A DNA stretch of 63,984 nt, filler included. It is 6 parts of 6 records of this genome, joined end to end, with 100 filler letters (N's around TTAATTAATTAA, not from the genome) between each part and the next. Parts side by side here need not be neighbours in the genome. Positions count along the whole stretch, not along the records: positions 38,627 to 55,518 come from SRR31147125_12429; positions 55,619 to 63,984 come from SRR31147125_12430; 4 more parts are not named here. One strand, 5' to 3'. Within the stretch, counting starts at the first letter, position 1; each line of letters begins with the position of its first letter. The notes beneath the pieces were generated by a model. The model saw only the letters and a list, made by a program, of their open reading frames with translations. It was not told where the DNA came from and did not search any database. Position numbers and translations under genes: made by a program. Shown here one piece after another: positions 49,447-61,742 of the stretch.

Positions 49447-49857
49447 TTAATAATCTACCTTTCCTTCGAGTACTTCGCTTGCAATTACAATATTCTTTTG
49501 ACCATAATTTTTAATAAAAGCTGTCAGCTCATCAAAGCTGTCTGTTTTACCTATGCTGGCAAGTTTGATTAACATCGGCAGGTTAAAACCACTAATAACT
49601 TCTACTTTTTCTTTTTCGAGAAATGAGAGGCAAAGATTTGAAGGCGTGCCTCCAAACATATCTGTTAGCAGGATTATACCATCGCCAGTATCAACCTGTT
49701 TTATAGCTTCACGGATTTTGTTTCTATTTGCTTCAGCGGATAGGTCTGATTCAATAGCCAAGCCAGTCAAGTTTTTATTCTCAGGAATGATCTTTTTGAC
49801 AGCAGAGACCATCTCCTTGCCTATTTTGTGATGTGAGACAGCAACAACCCCAACCAT
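49447..49857 (-). CDS. PTS EIIA, mannose/fructose type
   Basis: VSHH, LTDMFGGTPSN and GFNLPML motifs. Confidence 0.92.
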   Translation of the reverse strand: MVGVVAVSHHKIGKEMVSAVKKIIPENKNLTGLAIESDLSAEANRNKIREAIKQVDTGDGIILLTDMFGGTPSNLCLSFLEKEKVEVISGFNLPMLIKLASIGKTDSFDELTAFIKNYGQKNIVIASEVLEGKVDY

Positions 49858-49860
49858 TTT

Positions 49861-50828
49861 TTACTCCAAAAGTTCCCAAACAGATTTTTGGGCTTCTGTT
49901 CGAGACAATATTTCATTATTTAGTTGTTCTTGAAATTCCCGAGCCGAATAGTGTCCACCCAATTTCAACAATTGGTTTCTTGCTGCAATTTCAATAATTG
50001 CTGCAATATTTCTTCCGGGTCTTACGGGTATTTTGATAAACGGAATATGAACTCCGAGTAGCGTATAACGTCTTTCATCAACACCAAGTCTGTCATAGGT
50101 CGAATTAGGATCCCATTCCTCAAGCTCAACAACGAGCTCAACTAATTTTTTATCCCTTATAGCTGCGATTCCAAAGAGATCTTTAATATTAATTATACCT
50201 AAGCCTCTGATTTCCATGTGATACTTAATGATTTCTGAGCAGGTTCCATAGAGAGTCGCAGGGGGACGTTTTTTAATGTTAATGATGTCGTCAGCTATAA
50301 GTCGGTGGCCTCTTAGAATGAGATCAAGGGCAAGTTCGCTTTTACCAATTCCACTTCTTCCAATAATCAAAATGCCTACACCAAAAACATCAACGAGAAC
50401 ACCGTGAACACAAGTCGATGCTGTAAGGTGGTCTTCAAGAAATCTGTTTACTCTGTTGATAAATGTGAATGTTAGTAGGTTTGTTGAGAAGAGGGGGATG
50501 CCATGTTTTTCGCAAATTTCCATCATTAATTTTGGTGGTTTTAGACCGCATGTGAAAATAAAACATGATAATTCCGGTTTGCACATTGAAGTTATAACTG
50601 CAGTTTTTTCTTTCTTTGAAAGGCCCTCAAGATGTTTGATTTCAGGTTTGCCAAAGACCTGAATGCGGCCAGTGTGCAAGTGGACAGGATCTCCCGTTAA
50701 TGCCAAACCAGGTTTTTGAATTCTAGGGATAACTATCTTTTCCCTAGACCTTCTTCACCTGACACTAGCTCAAGCTTAAGTTGATGTTCCTTGTCCTTCA
50801 ATAATTGAATTACAGGTATTGCTAGCAT
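49861..50828 (-). CDS. hprK: HPr kinase/phosphorylase, frameshift at T4 50738-50741
   Basis: N-terminus MLAIPV...LELVSGEEGL joins IQKPGLALTG; GRSGIGKSE, LIADD and EIRGLGI motifs. Confidence 0.95.
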
Positions 50829-51289
50829 GGCAATAAATCATCCTCTGTTTTAAGAACGTTATAGATTTCGTCTTTAGATTCGGCTCCCATCAATTTACTT
50901 CTTAAGCTTTCATCCTTTAAGAGTCTCGATAATCTGGCTAGAGTTTTAAGGTGAATGCCTGCGGAGCTGTTTGGTGCAAGAAGAACAAAGAATAGGTGCG
51001 ATGATTTTCCATCATGAGCTTGAAAATCGACTCCTCCTTTACTTCTTCCAATAGCTATTATGATATTTTTCAAATTTTGTATCTTTGCATGTGGAATAGC
51101 TATTCCATTTTCGATTCCAGTGGAGCCAAGTTTTTCACGTTCGATTAATGATGCTGTTACAACATCTTTATTAAGTGATGGGTTGTTCTCCGTTAGAGTG
51201 GATGAAATTTCATCTAGCACACCTTCTTTGGTGACGCTTTGAAGGTTTGGCAAAATGAGCTCTTTTGATAGCAGGTCTATAAGTTTCAT
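50822..51289 (-). CDS. ptsN: PTS EIIA(Ntr)
   Basis: REKLGSTGIENGIAIPHAK motif; position in the rpoN operon. Confidence 0.92.
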   Translation of the reverse strand: MKLIDLLSKELILPNLQSVTKEGVLDEISSTLTENNPSLNKDVVTASLIEREKLGSTGIENGIAIPHAKIQNLKNIIIAIGRSKGGVDFQAHDGKSSHLFFVLLAPNSSAGIHLKTLARLSRLLKDESLRSKLMGAESKDEIYNVLKTEDDLLPC

Positions 51290-51406
51290 AACTGTTTTTA
51301 ATAAGTAAAATCAAATATTTACATTAAGTTCACAAGACGAGGAATGCTACTCTATACTTGCGTAAAATGCAATAGGAATTTGGGTAAGGCTAAAAAATGA
51401 AAAATG

Positions 51407-51709
51407 TTATATTTGACCAGCTTTATGGGTCTGGACACGATCTTTATGCTTTTTAAGCTGCTTTTCTATTTTCGCAATAGCTTTGTCGATTGATTGATAC
51501 ATATCTGTTGTACTTTCACTTCCAACATATTCCTGGCCATCCTCGATTATTGTTAATTCACAATTTTGTCTGAATTTATCTAGTGTGAAAATGAAATGAG
51601 CTGAAATAGGCTTTAATAGATATTTCTTAATCTTATCAAATCTTTGTAGTGCGTGGTCTTTAATTCCATCAGTTGGTTCAAGGTTTCTGAAAGTAAAATT
51701 TGTTTCCAT
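51407..51709 (-). CDS. hpf: Ribosome hibernation promoting factor (short HPF/RaiA)
   Basis: TFRNLEPTD...DMYQSID..I.KIEKQLKK.K; immediately after rpoN. Confidence 0.9.
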   Translation of the reverse strand: METNFTFRNLEPTDGIKDHALQRFDKIKKYLLKPISAHFIFTLDKFRQNCELTIIEDGQEYVGSESTTDMYQSIDKAIAKIEKQLKKHKDRVQTHKAGQI

Positions 51710-51722
51710 AGTTTTCCTCCGT

Positions 51723-53197
51723 TTACTCGTATCTTCTTCTCTTAGATGAAGAGGGGATTCTTAATGCATCTCTGTATTTTGCAACTGTTCTTCTGGCTAT
51801 TTCGATTCCTTGATCTTTAAGTTGGTTTGCTATTTCCTGATCGCTCAAAGGTTTCTTTGCATCTTCATTTTCGACAAGTTTCTTTATAGCGCTTCTGACA
51901 GCTTCAGAGGCAATGTCCTCACCCTCGGTTTTTCTTATTCCAGAGCTGAAGAAGTACTTAAGTTCAAAAATTCCACGCGGTGTATGCATGTACTTATTTG
52001 TAGTCACTCGGCTTATTGTCGATTCGTGCATATCTATGTCTTCAGCAACATCTTTTAAAACCATCGGTTTGAGTTCTTCTATGCCTTTATCGAGAAAGGC
52101 TTTTTGAAACTTGATAATACTCTTAGTTACTTTAAAAGTGTTTGCTGTCTTTGGTGGATACTCTTGATTAGCCACATGGCTTGGCGCATCTTATCGTTTA
52201 TGTAGTCACGTGTTTTGCCGGCTACTTGATCGCCTTTCAACATCGTCTGACGATAGAATCTACTGACTTGCAGTTTAGGCATTCCATCTTCGTTTAGAGT
52301 GACAATGTATTCCTCTCCAAGCTTGTGAACATATACATCAGGCGTTATATATTGAGCGCTTTCCTGACTGTAGGCTCTACCAGGTTTTGGATCAAGGTGT
52401 TGGATAATGTTCGCAACTTTTTTGACCTCTTCAACAGGAAGCTTGAGTTTTTTTGCTATAAAAGAGAAATTGCGAAGTTCGAGTTCATTTAGATAGTTTT
52501 CGATTATTTCAATTGTTAATTTCGATTCTTGATCAAGGTGACGCGCTTGACAGATAAGACACTCTTTTAGATTGAGTGAAACAACTCCAACTGGATCAAA
52601 TTCCTGAATCTTACGACGCATTTTATCTGTGTCTTCGACAGATTCATTTACTTTAGCTGCAATTTCTTCCACTGTTGCAGTCAGATAGCCATCATCATTC
52701 ATATTTCCAATGATTTCATCGCCAATTGTACTTTCTTTTTCAGTGAAGTTTCCCAAGTGAAGCTGCCACTCGAGGTGTTCTTGCAAATTCTCCGATCTTG
52801 TTAATGTGGCTTCATAAGTTGGGAGGTCTGCTGGTGGCTTTTCTGTGGTCGGAATTCCAGGAGCGTTGTAGATGCCTAAATAGTTTTCCCATTCAAAATT
52901 GAAGGGCTCCTTTTGAAGATCTTGGCTTTCTGACCCTACTTCATCAACTGAATGGTCGTGGCCCTTGTCTTCATCCTTAGCCTTTTGGACCTCTTCAGCA
53001 TGTGACTTGTTGTCATTCTGCTTTTCTTCATCTTCACCGGATTTCTCTTCAAGAATTGGATTTTCCAATAGCTCCTGTTGAACTAGATCAGAGAGCTCTA
53101 ATCTTGAGAGCTGAAGAAGTTTGATAGCTTGTTGTAGTTGTGGTGTTATCACCAGTTGTTGGGATAACTTGAGATTTTGTTTAAGTTCTATAGCCAT
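51723..53197 (-). CDS. rpoN: RNA polymerase sigma-54 factor, frameshift at 52134-52137
   Basis: [22 protein letters not shown] and RpoN box ARRTVAKYR. Confidence 0.96.
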
Positions 53198-53296
53198 AAT
53201 TATTTACAATGATAGATGGACTTATAAAAAAAGTCAACAGATTCGGTGTATGTGTTTTTAAAAAGTTTGACTATTTGAAAAGAGTTGATCTAGAGA

Positions 53297-55006
<1,710 letters not shown>

Positions 55007-55100
55007 TTAGGTTTAATCACCTATATATATCTTGTTCAGAAGAGTCAATGATTCATCGAAAAAATATTTAGAAAATTTGGTATTAGTTTTTATAAAAAAT

Positions 55101-55134
55101 AAAAAACCCCGCCAAGCTATACTTGACGGGGTTT
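55101..55134 (-). terminator. Intrinsic terminator after rpsI
   Basis: AAACCCCGTCAAG-loop-CTTGGCGGGGTTTTTT on the minus strand. Confidence 0.8.
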
Positions 55135-55155
55135 GAAAGTGTAACCACTGTAGAA

Positions 55156-55518
55156 TTAACGTTTTGAGAACTGATGTGATCTTCTTGCTTTGTGTCTTCC
55201 GTATTTCTTTCTTTCAACGATTCTTGCGTCTCTAGTTAAGAAACCAGCTTTCTTTAAAGGCTTCCTGTAGTCTGGGTTCATGCTTAGCAAGGCTTTCGCG
55301 ATACCATACTTTAGAGCATCAGCCTGTCCTGCAATTCCGCCACCATTAAGGTTGGCTTTGATATCAAATTTACCTTCTGTGCCTGTTACTGCAAATGGCT
55401 GTTTGACAATCATTTGTAAGGCAGCTCTTCCAAAGTAATCTTCGAATTCACGCTTGTTGATAATCATAGCTCCGTTGCCTGGAGTCATTATAACTCTAGC
55501 AATTGAACTTTTTCTTTT
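55156..55518 (-). CDS. rpsI: 30S ribosomal protein S9 (5'-truncated)
   Basis: GGGIAGQA and [14 protein letters not shown]...QFSKR motifs. Confidence 0.97.
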   Translation of the reverse strand, partial: KRKSSIARVIMTPGNGAMIINKREFEDYFGRAALQMIVKQPFAVTGTEGKFDIKANLNGGGIAGQADALKYGIAKALLSMNPDYRKPLKKAGFLTRDARIVERKKYGRHKARRSHQFSKR

Positions 55519-55618
55519 NNNNNNNNNNNNNNNNNNNNNNNNNNNNNNNNNNNNNNNNNNNNTTAATTAATTAANNNNNNNNNNNNNNNNNNNNNNNNNN
55601 NNNNNNNNNNNNNNNNNN
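55519..55618. other. Artificial contig spacer
   Basis: N-run with TTAATTAATTAA. Confidence 0.98.
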
Positions 55619-56197
55619 GAAGACGCAATCAATACAAAAGATGAATTGAGTAAACAGTTTTTGTCGCTACTGGTTATAAATAGCTTTATGATGGATCAAA
55701 ATTGGGGGCAGCCTAATGAGAGCCAAACTGGAGGAGCTGGCGCAATTGGCGTTACAACAAGCGAATTGCTTTCTAACCAGGTTAGCAACTGGCTGTCTCA
55801 GATTAGTAACGATATTGATGTTGGAGTCAACTATAGACCTGACGACGGAATGAGCAGCGAAGAGCTTGAATTAGCATTATCAACCAAAATATTAAACGAC
55901 AGGGTAAGCATTAGGGGAAACCTTGAAGTCGGTGGTCAATATAAAACTGCAGAAGAACAGCAGAGAACAAATAATATTGTGGGCGATTTCGACGTTGATG
56001 TTAAAATCAGTAAAAATGGTAAACTAAGGGTGAAGGCGTTTAATAAACCAAATGATAATTTATTCTTCGAATCGGCAGATTATACGCAGGGAGTTGGTGT
56101 TTTTTATCGAGAAGAGTTCGATTCTTTAGAAGAATTGTTTGCAAAATATTTTGCTAAATCAGAAAAAAAGAAAGAAGAAACCGTTGTTGTTGAATAA
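55619..56197 (+). CDS. TamB/DUF490-like protein C-terminus (5'-truncated)
   Basis: KQFLSLLVINSF, DVGVNYRP, IVGDFDV and YTQGVGVFYREEFD Bacteroidota TamB pattern. Confidence 0.8.
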   Translation, partial: EDAINTKDELSKQFLSLLVINSFMMDQNWGQPNESQTGGAGAIGVTTSELLSNQVSNWLSQISNDIDVGVNYRPDDGMSSEELELALSTKILNDRVSIRGNLEVGGQYKTAEEQQRTNNIVGDFDVDVKISKNGKLRVKAFNKPNDNLFFESADYTQGVGVFYREEFDSLEELFAKYFAKSEKKKEETVVVE

Positions 56198-56356
56198 CAT
56201 AAATTTTTGCTTAAGAGGAATATAAGCGTGTTAATTCGAATAAATTTTAAACAGAATAATTAATCCTTATTTTTACAATTCTATTTTTATAATTTAGATG
56301 TTCGTTAGTTTAATCAAATAAAAAAAGAAAATACGTTATAAAACAAAAAATAGATT

Positions 56357-57043
56357 ATGTTAACATTATTACAGGTAAATATTGCCGATACTACAGCAGT
56401 TGCAGAAGAGGCAGGAGAAGTTACGTTAAGTGTTATTGACCTGGCCCTTAAAGGTGGCTGGATGATGGTACCCATCGTTTTATTATCAATTGTGGCTGTT
56501 TATATTTTCTTTAATAGATATTCTGCAATCGGAAAAGCATCAAAAGAAGACGAATTATTCATGAATCGCATAAAGGATTACATTCATGATGGAAAAATAG
56601 AATCTGCTCTTACTCTTTGCCAAAGTAATGATTCACCGGAAGCTAAGATGATTGAAAAGGGGATTCAACGTATTGGACGACCTTTAAATGATGTAAACGC
56701 AGCAATTGAAAATGTGGGTAAACTCGAAATATATAAACTGGAAAAAGGTTTGGCATTATTAGCAACAGTAGCCGGTGGTGCACCCATGCTAGGTTTTCTT
56801 GGAACGGTAATGGGTATGATTAGGGCATTCTATGATATGTCTATGGCAGGAAATAATATTGATGTTGGTTTGCTTTCAAATGGTATTTACACAGCCATGG
56901 TGACAACTGTTGCCGGATTAGTTGTCGGTGTAATTGCATACTTCGCATATAACATACTAGTAGCAAATATGGAGAAGGTAGTAAACAAATTAGAAGTTCA
57001 TACCTCTGATTTTATGGATTTATTAAACGAACCTGCAAGCTAA
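56357..57043 (+). CDS. exbB: MotA/TolQ/ExbB proton channel protein
   Basis: APMLGFLGTVMGMI and AMVTTVAGL motifs. Confidence 0.92.
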   Translation: MLTLLQVNIADTTAVAEEAGEVTLSVIDLALKGGWMMVPIVLLSIVAVYIFFNRYSAIGKASKEDELFMNRIKDYIHDGKIESALTLCQSNDSPEAKMIEKGIQRIGRPLNDVNAAIENVGKLEIYKLEKGLALLATVAGGAPMLGFLGTVMGMIRAFYDMSMAGNNIDVGLLSNGIYTAMVTTVAGLVVGVIAYFAYNILVANMEKVVNKLEVHTSDFMDLLNEPAS

Positions 57044-57050
57044 TTAGATT

Positions 57051-57446
57051 ATGGCATTACGATCATCAAATAAAGTTAGTTTAGCGTTTAGCATGTCATC
57101 AATGACAGACATTGTGTTTTTGTTATTGATATTCTTCATGCTTACATCAACGCTGGTTGCACCCAATGCGCTTAAATTATTGCTGCCGCAGAGTAACAGT
57201 CAAACTGCTGCAAAACCAATAACAACAGTTTCTATTACACGAGACTTTGAATATTATATTGAAAGAGACCGCGTAAGTTTTGAGGAGTTGGAACCACTTC
57301 TTGTGTCAAGACTTCAAAATGAGCGAGAGCCAGCTATTTCTTTGCATGTGGATAAATCTGTTCCTGTTGAAGAAGTAGTGAAAGTGATGAATATCGCAAA
57401 AGAAAACGGTTATAAATTAATTTTAGCAACAAGTCCGGTAAGATAA
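57051..57446 (+). CDS. exbD: Biopolymer transport protein ExbD
   Basis: MTDIVFLLLIFFML motif. Confidence 0.92.
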   Translation: MALRSSNKVSLAFSMSSMTDIVFLLLIFFMLTSTLVAPNALKLLLPQSNSQTAAKPITTVSITRDFEYYIERDRVSFEELEPLLVSRLQNEREPAISLHVDKSVPVEEVVKVMNIAKENGYKLILATSPVR

Positions 57447-58255
57447 TGGAGTTTAAACGTAAAGGCATATTAGGTACAACAGTTTTCCATGTAATTTTAT
57501 TACTGGCATTCCTGTATTTTGGATTTTCTACACCATTGCCTTTACCTGCAGAAGAAGGTATTCTAATAAATTTCGGCGATTCACCAAATGGTAGGGGTTC
57601 AGTAGAACCACGACAAAATACCCGGGTTGAAAAGAAAGTGACATCGCCGCCTGTTAGACAAACAGAAAGTGTAAATAAACCGGAAGTTTTAACGCAAGAT
57701 TTTGAAGAAGCTCCATCAATAAATGTAACAAAAAAAGCAACAGAAAAGACTAAAAAGAAAACCGAGGAAGTTGCTGAAAAAACAACTCCAAAGAAAGTAG
57801 AAGAGCAACCCAAAGAAGAACCAAAACGAGAAGTTAACACAAGAGCACTGTTTAAAGGTAAAAGTACGACTTCAACTACAAGTCAGAGCGAAGGACGAAC
57901 TTACCAGGGGGGCAATCAGGGTAGCCAGACAGGAGATCCAAATTCGCAAAATAGAACGTTGGGGCAAAGCCTGGGAGGAAATGGTATATCATTTTCATTA
58001 ACCGGACGATCGCCACAAAGCCTCCCGCCTCCAAGCTATACGCAGCAGGTTGAAGGAAAAGTTGTGGTTGAAATTACTGTGGATAGAAATGGAAATGTTG
58101 TGAATGCTGTGCCAGGAAAGAAAGGTTCTACAACTACTAATAGCTATTTGCTTAGTGCAGCAAAAGCCGCTGCCATGCGGGCAAAGTTTGATACTAAGTC
58201 AGATGCCGCAGCTTTCCAGAAAGGAACAATTACTTACAATTTTGTGCTTAACTAA
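57446..58255 (+). CDS. TonB/TolA-like energy transducer
   Basis: N-terminal TM helix, K/E/P-rich linker and C-terminal EGKVVVEITVDRNGNV...GTITYNF. Confidence 0.88.
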   Translation: MEFKRKGILGTTVFHVILLLAFLYFGFSTPLPLPAEEGILINFGDSPNGRGSVEPRQNTRVEKKVTSPPVRQTESVNKPEVLTQDFEEAPSINVTKKATEKTKKKTEEVAEKTTPKKVEEQPKEEPKREVNTRALFKGKSTTSTTSQSEGRTYQGGNQGSQTGDPNSQNRTLGQSLGGNGISFSLTGRSPQSLPPPSYTQQVEGKVVVEITVDRNGNVVNAVPGKKGSTTTNSYLLSAAKAAAMRAKFDTKSDAAAFQKGTITYNFVLN

Positions 58256-58312
58256 GAAAGAAATAATAAAGAAAATCTCTGCGTTTCTCAGAGTCCTCAG
58301 CGGTTATTTAAT

Positions 58313-59058
58313 TTAAAACACTCCCAATAATTTAATAGCTGAGACAAACAATGCAACAATCAAAAACCATCTGATAAATTTTGCACCTTTTTTAACAGCC
58401 ATTTTCGAGGCTACATAAGCACCGCTCATATTTCCAATGGCAAGTATAAATCCAAGAAGATAATCAACCTGGTCGTTAATAATAAAGATGAATAAGGCAA
58501 AGGGTGTATAAAGAAGTACTAATAGTAGTTTTAGCGCATTGGCTTTTACGAGTTCAAAGCCACACCCTAAAACCAATCCGGCAAGAAGAAAAATCCTACA
58601 CCAGCCTGAATGAAACCTCCATAACCTCCGATTATAAAAAATATAATGTATTGTAAATATTTTGGAAGATTTTTATGTTCATCTCCTTCCAGCCATCGTT
58701 TTGGCTTTACAAAAATCAGGATTATCATAAATATGAGTAATCCACCAATAACAGTTTCGAATATCTTTTCATTTATCTCTACGGCAAGCTTGGCACCGAC
58801 TAAAGAACCCAGGATAGCGAAAATTCCTATGCCTATTCCATCTCGAAACTCAAATATTTTTTGCTTTTTAAAGCTGCTAACACCAACTATGTTTTGCATT
58901 AAAATAGCTATTCGGTTTGTTCCGTTGGCCACGTTTGGTGGCAGGCCTAAAAATATAAGAAGGGGGAGGGTTAATAAAGAGCCACTTCCAGCCAATGTGT
59001 TAATAAACCCGGCTACAAACCCTACAAGAATTATGGCAATAATTTCGTACCAATACAT
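58313..59058 (-). CDS. TauE/SafE (TSUP) family membrane transporter, frameshift at A5 58589-58593
   Basis: GFINTLAGSGSLLTLP, ANGTNR and YGGFIQAGVG motifs; one extra base joins to LVLGCG...ANALK. Confidence 0.9.
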
Positions 59059-59198
59059 TATTCTATCATTTTAAAAATATCGTTTTTTGATATGCCAATT
59101 TCATAAATAGCTTCGGTAGTATAATAAAATGCGTGTTCAATATTAAGTGTGATAATTGTCAAAGGTGAGTCAGTATAAACAAATACAAGTCTATTCTT

Positions 59199-59262
59199 TC
59201 AGGTTCTTCGAACCCTGACAGGTCTTGATAAAACCTGTCAGAGCCGTTAGACCTGTAAGAGT
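59199..59262. repeat. REP-like CTGACAGGT...ACCTGTCAG palindrome cluster
   Basis: Inverted repeat 59215-59241 with degenerate flanking copies, just downstream of glyA. Confidence 0.55.
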
Positions 59263-59274
59263 TAACCTCAAGAA

Positions 59275-60555
59275 TTAATAAGCAAATAGTGGATAACCAT
59301 TCATTAACTTATTTACTTTTTCTTTAGTAGCAGCAATTTTCGCATCATTATCAATATTCATAATTACTTCGTCGATTAACTCAACAACTTGATCGATGAT
59401 ATCTTCTTTAACTCCTCTTGAAGTAATTGCTGAAGTACCTACCCTAAATCCACTTGTCTGGAATGGAGAACGGGAATCAAAAGGAACCATGTTTTTATTG
59501 ATAGTAATATCTGCTTTTATAAGTGTATTTTCAACTTGTTTACCAGTAACATCCGGCACCTTCGTCCTTAAGTCGATTAACATGCTGTGATTATCAGTTC
59601 CGCCAGAAATTACTTTGTAGCCCCTGTCAATAAATGAAGTGGCCATTTGTTTTGCATTCTTAATAACCTGTCCAATATATTCTTTATACGAATCAGTTAA
59701 TGCTTCACCAAAAGAAACAGCTTTTGCAGCTATTACATGTTCAAGCGGTCCACCTTGTGTTCCAGGGAAAACAGCAGAATCTAGTAATTGAGACATTTTC
59801 TTAACAACACCTTTTGGAGTAGTTAATCCCCAGGGATTATCAAAATCTTCTCCCATTAGAATCAATCCACCTCTTGGTCCACGTAAAGTTTTATGAGTAG
59901 TAGTTGTAACAATATGACAATGTGGGAACGGATGATTTAAATACCCCGTTGCAATTAATCCTGCAGGGTGTGCAATATCGGCCATTAATAGAGCGCCAAC
60001 TTTATCAGCTATCTCACGCATGCGTTTGAAGTCCCAGTCTCTAGAGTAAGCAGATGCACCGGCTACAATTAATTTTGGCTTTTCTTTAATTGCAAGTTCT
60101 TCCATTGCATCATAATTGATTAATCCTGTTTCTTCGTCAACTTTATAGGCAACCGGATTGTAAAGAATACCTGAATAGTTAACGTGCGAACCATGTGTTA
60201 GGTGACCACCATGAGATAGGTCGAGACCTAAAAATGTATCTCCAGGTTTTAACACAGCTAACATAACCGCTGAATTAGCCTGAGCACCAGAATGCGGTTG
60301 GACATTTGCCCATGCAGCATTAAAAAGTTTTTTTGCGCGCTCAATAGCAATATTTTCAACTTCGTCAACTACCTCACAACCTCCGTAATAACGCTTTCCG
60401 GGGAGTCCTTCGGCATATTTGTTTGTTAAACAGGAACCCATAGCTTCCATTACCTGGTCGCTTACAAAATTCTCAGATGCAATTAACTCTATGCCATTTA
60501 ATTGGCGTTCGTTTTCTTTTTTTATTAAATCGAAAATCTGACTGTCTCTGTTCAT
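59275..60555 (-). CDS. glyA: Serine hydroxymethyltransferase
   Basis: LIASEN, NKYAEG, GGHLTHG and [13 protein letters not shown] motifs. Confidence 0.98.
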   Translation of the reverse strand: MNRDSQIFDLIKKENERQLNGIELIASENFVSDQVMEAMGSCLTNKYAEGLPGKRYYGGCEVVDEVENIAIERAKKLFNAAWANVQPHSGAQANSAVMLAVLKPGDTFLGLDLSHGGHLTHGSHVNYSGILYNPVAYKVDEETGLINYDAMEELAIKEKPKLIVAGASAYSRDWDFKRMREIADKVGALLMADIAHPAGLIATGYLNHPFPHCHIVTTTTHKTLRGPRGGLILMGEDFDNPWGLTTPKGVVKKMSQLLDSAVFPGTQGGPLEHVIAAKAVSFGEALTDSYKEYIGQVIKNAKQMATSFIDRGYKVISGGTDNHSMLIDLRTKVPDVTGKQVENTLIKADITINKNMVPFDSRSPFQTSGFRVGTSAITSRGVKEDIIDQVVELIDEVIMNIDNDAKIAATKEKVNKLMNGYPLFAY

Positions 60556-60812
60556 TTTTTATACTGTTTTTTCGAGTTGCAAACTTAAAGTAATTCATTG
60601 TATTAGCCTAACTATTTTTTTGAACAGCTTTTGAACGGGAGAGGTGGATGGACAGGTAGAAATGTTATTTTGGTATGCGGATTACAGTGAAATGCTGAAT
60701 TTCCAACATATTCTCTTTAGAGAGGAATAATTTTTGGTATCTGGGGAATGAATTAACACGCAACTTTTTATCGATTAAAAACATCATTAGAACATTATTT
60801 AATTTTACAATT

Positions 60813-61694
60813 ATGAAAACGTACAATTTATTTCTACTAATTTCATCTTCTATATGTGCCATTTTATATTCATGTGAATCAGATACTAACAAAGAAACTG
60901 ATGATTTCGCACTAACATTCGAATTATCTGACGGTAACATGTTGACAGAAAATGATATTGAGTTTTATGACAGTTCTACTTATACTTATTTTTTTAAATC
61001 AGATGTATTATCAGAAACTCCAATAACCGATTTTAAAATTTTAGTTAATGGCGATAGTGTTTTGGGAGGAGCTTTACATTTATGTATTCTATCATCAATG
61101 CCGCCAACACCATATTTTATAACCGATTGTTTCTTTTCCGGGTCGAATATCCTTACAATTGGATTTTATGGAGATGGCAACAATATGTTAAATAATTCAC
61201 GAATAATAAATTCATTAGCAGAAAATAATAAATTTCGTAGAGGGTTAAGCTGTAATATTGATAGCATAGAAATAATCAAATCAGACAGTCAGACGGATAT
61301 TATTACTACCATTACCATTACAAATCATGACAATATTTTTTATTATATCCCGGATTTAAATAAAATGGGTGAACGTTTTTATACTGATTACACAGGTAGC
61401 ATATCATTATTTAATCTAAATACTGGTTTGGGGTCATTTATTAAAGAAGCAAATAGTAACAGGCAGAGAGATGATATAAAATTGGCTGATTTATCAAAAC
61501 TTGCTCCAAACTCAAAAGTAGTTTATACTTACAAATCAAGAAATTATTATGAAATACCAAAAGGTGAATATAAGGTAAGAGCAAATTTTATGGGTGTTGT
61601 ATATACAGCATCGGAGTTTGAGCTATATCAAGATAATGGGCGGATTTGGGTTGGACAAATACATACTTATAAAGATGGAATAATTGTAGAATAA
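60813..61694 (+). CDS. Hypothetical lipoprotein
   Basis: Signal peptide ending LYSC; AT-rich 293-aa ORF. Confidence 0.7.
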   Translation: MKTYNLFLLISSSICAILYSCESDTNKETDDFALTFELSDGNMLTENDIEFYDSSTYTYFFKSDVLSETPITDFKILVNGDSVLGGALHLCILSSMPPTPYFITDCFFSGSNILTIGFYGDGNNMLNNSRIINSLAENNKFRRGLSCNIDSIEIIKSDSQTDIITTITITNHDNIFYYIPDLNKMGERFYTDYTGSISLFNLNTGLGSFIKEANSNRQRDDIKLADLSKLAPNSKVVYTYKSRNYYEIPKGEYKVRANFMGVVYTASEFELYQDNGRIWVGQIHTYKDGIIVE

Positions 61695-61742
61695 TAAAGA
61701 CTTAAATATCCAATGTAAATAGGGTATTAGAAATCTTTTCAT

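Noticed and set aside
51723-53197. rpoN or hprK as pseudogenes or naturally split genes
   Set aside because: One base in a homopolymer restores each full-length protein with intact motifs, and intact sigma54 promoters lie nearby.
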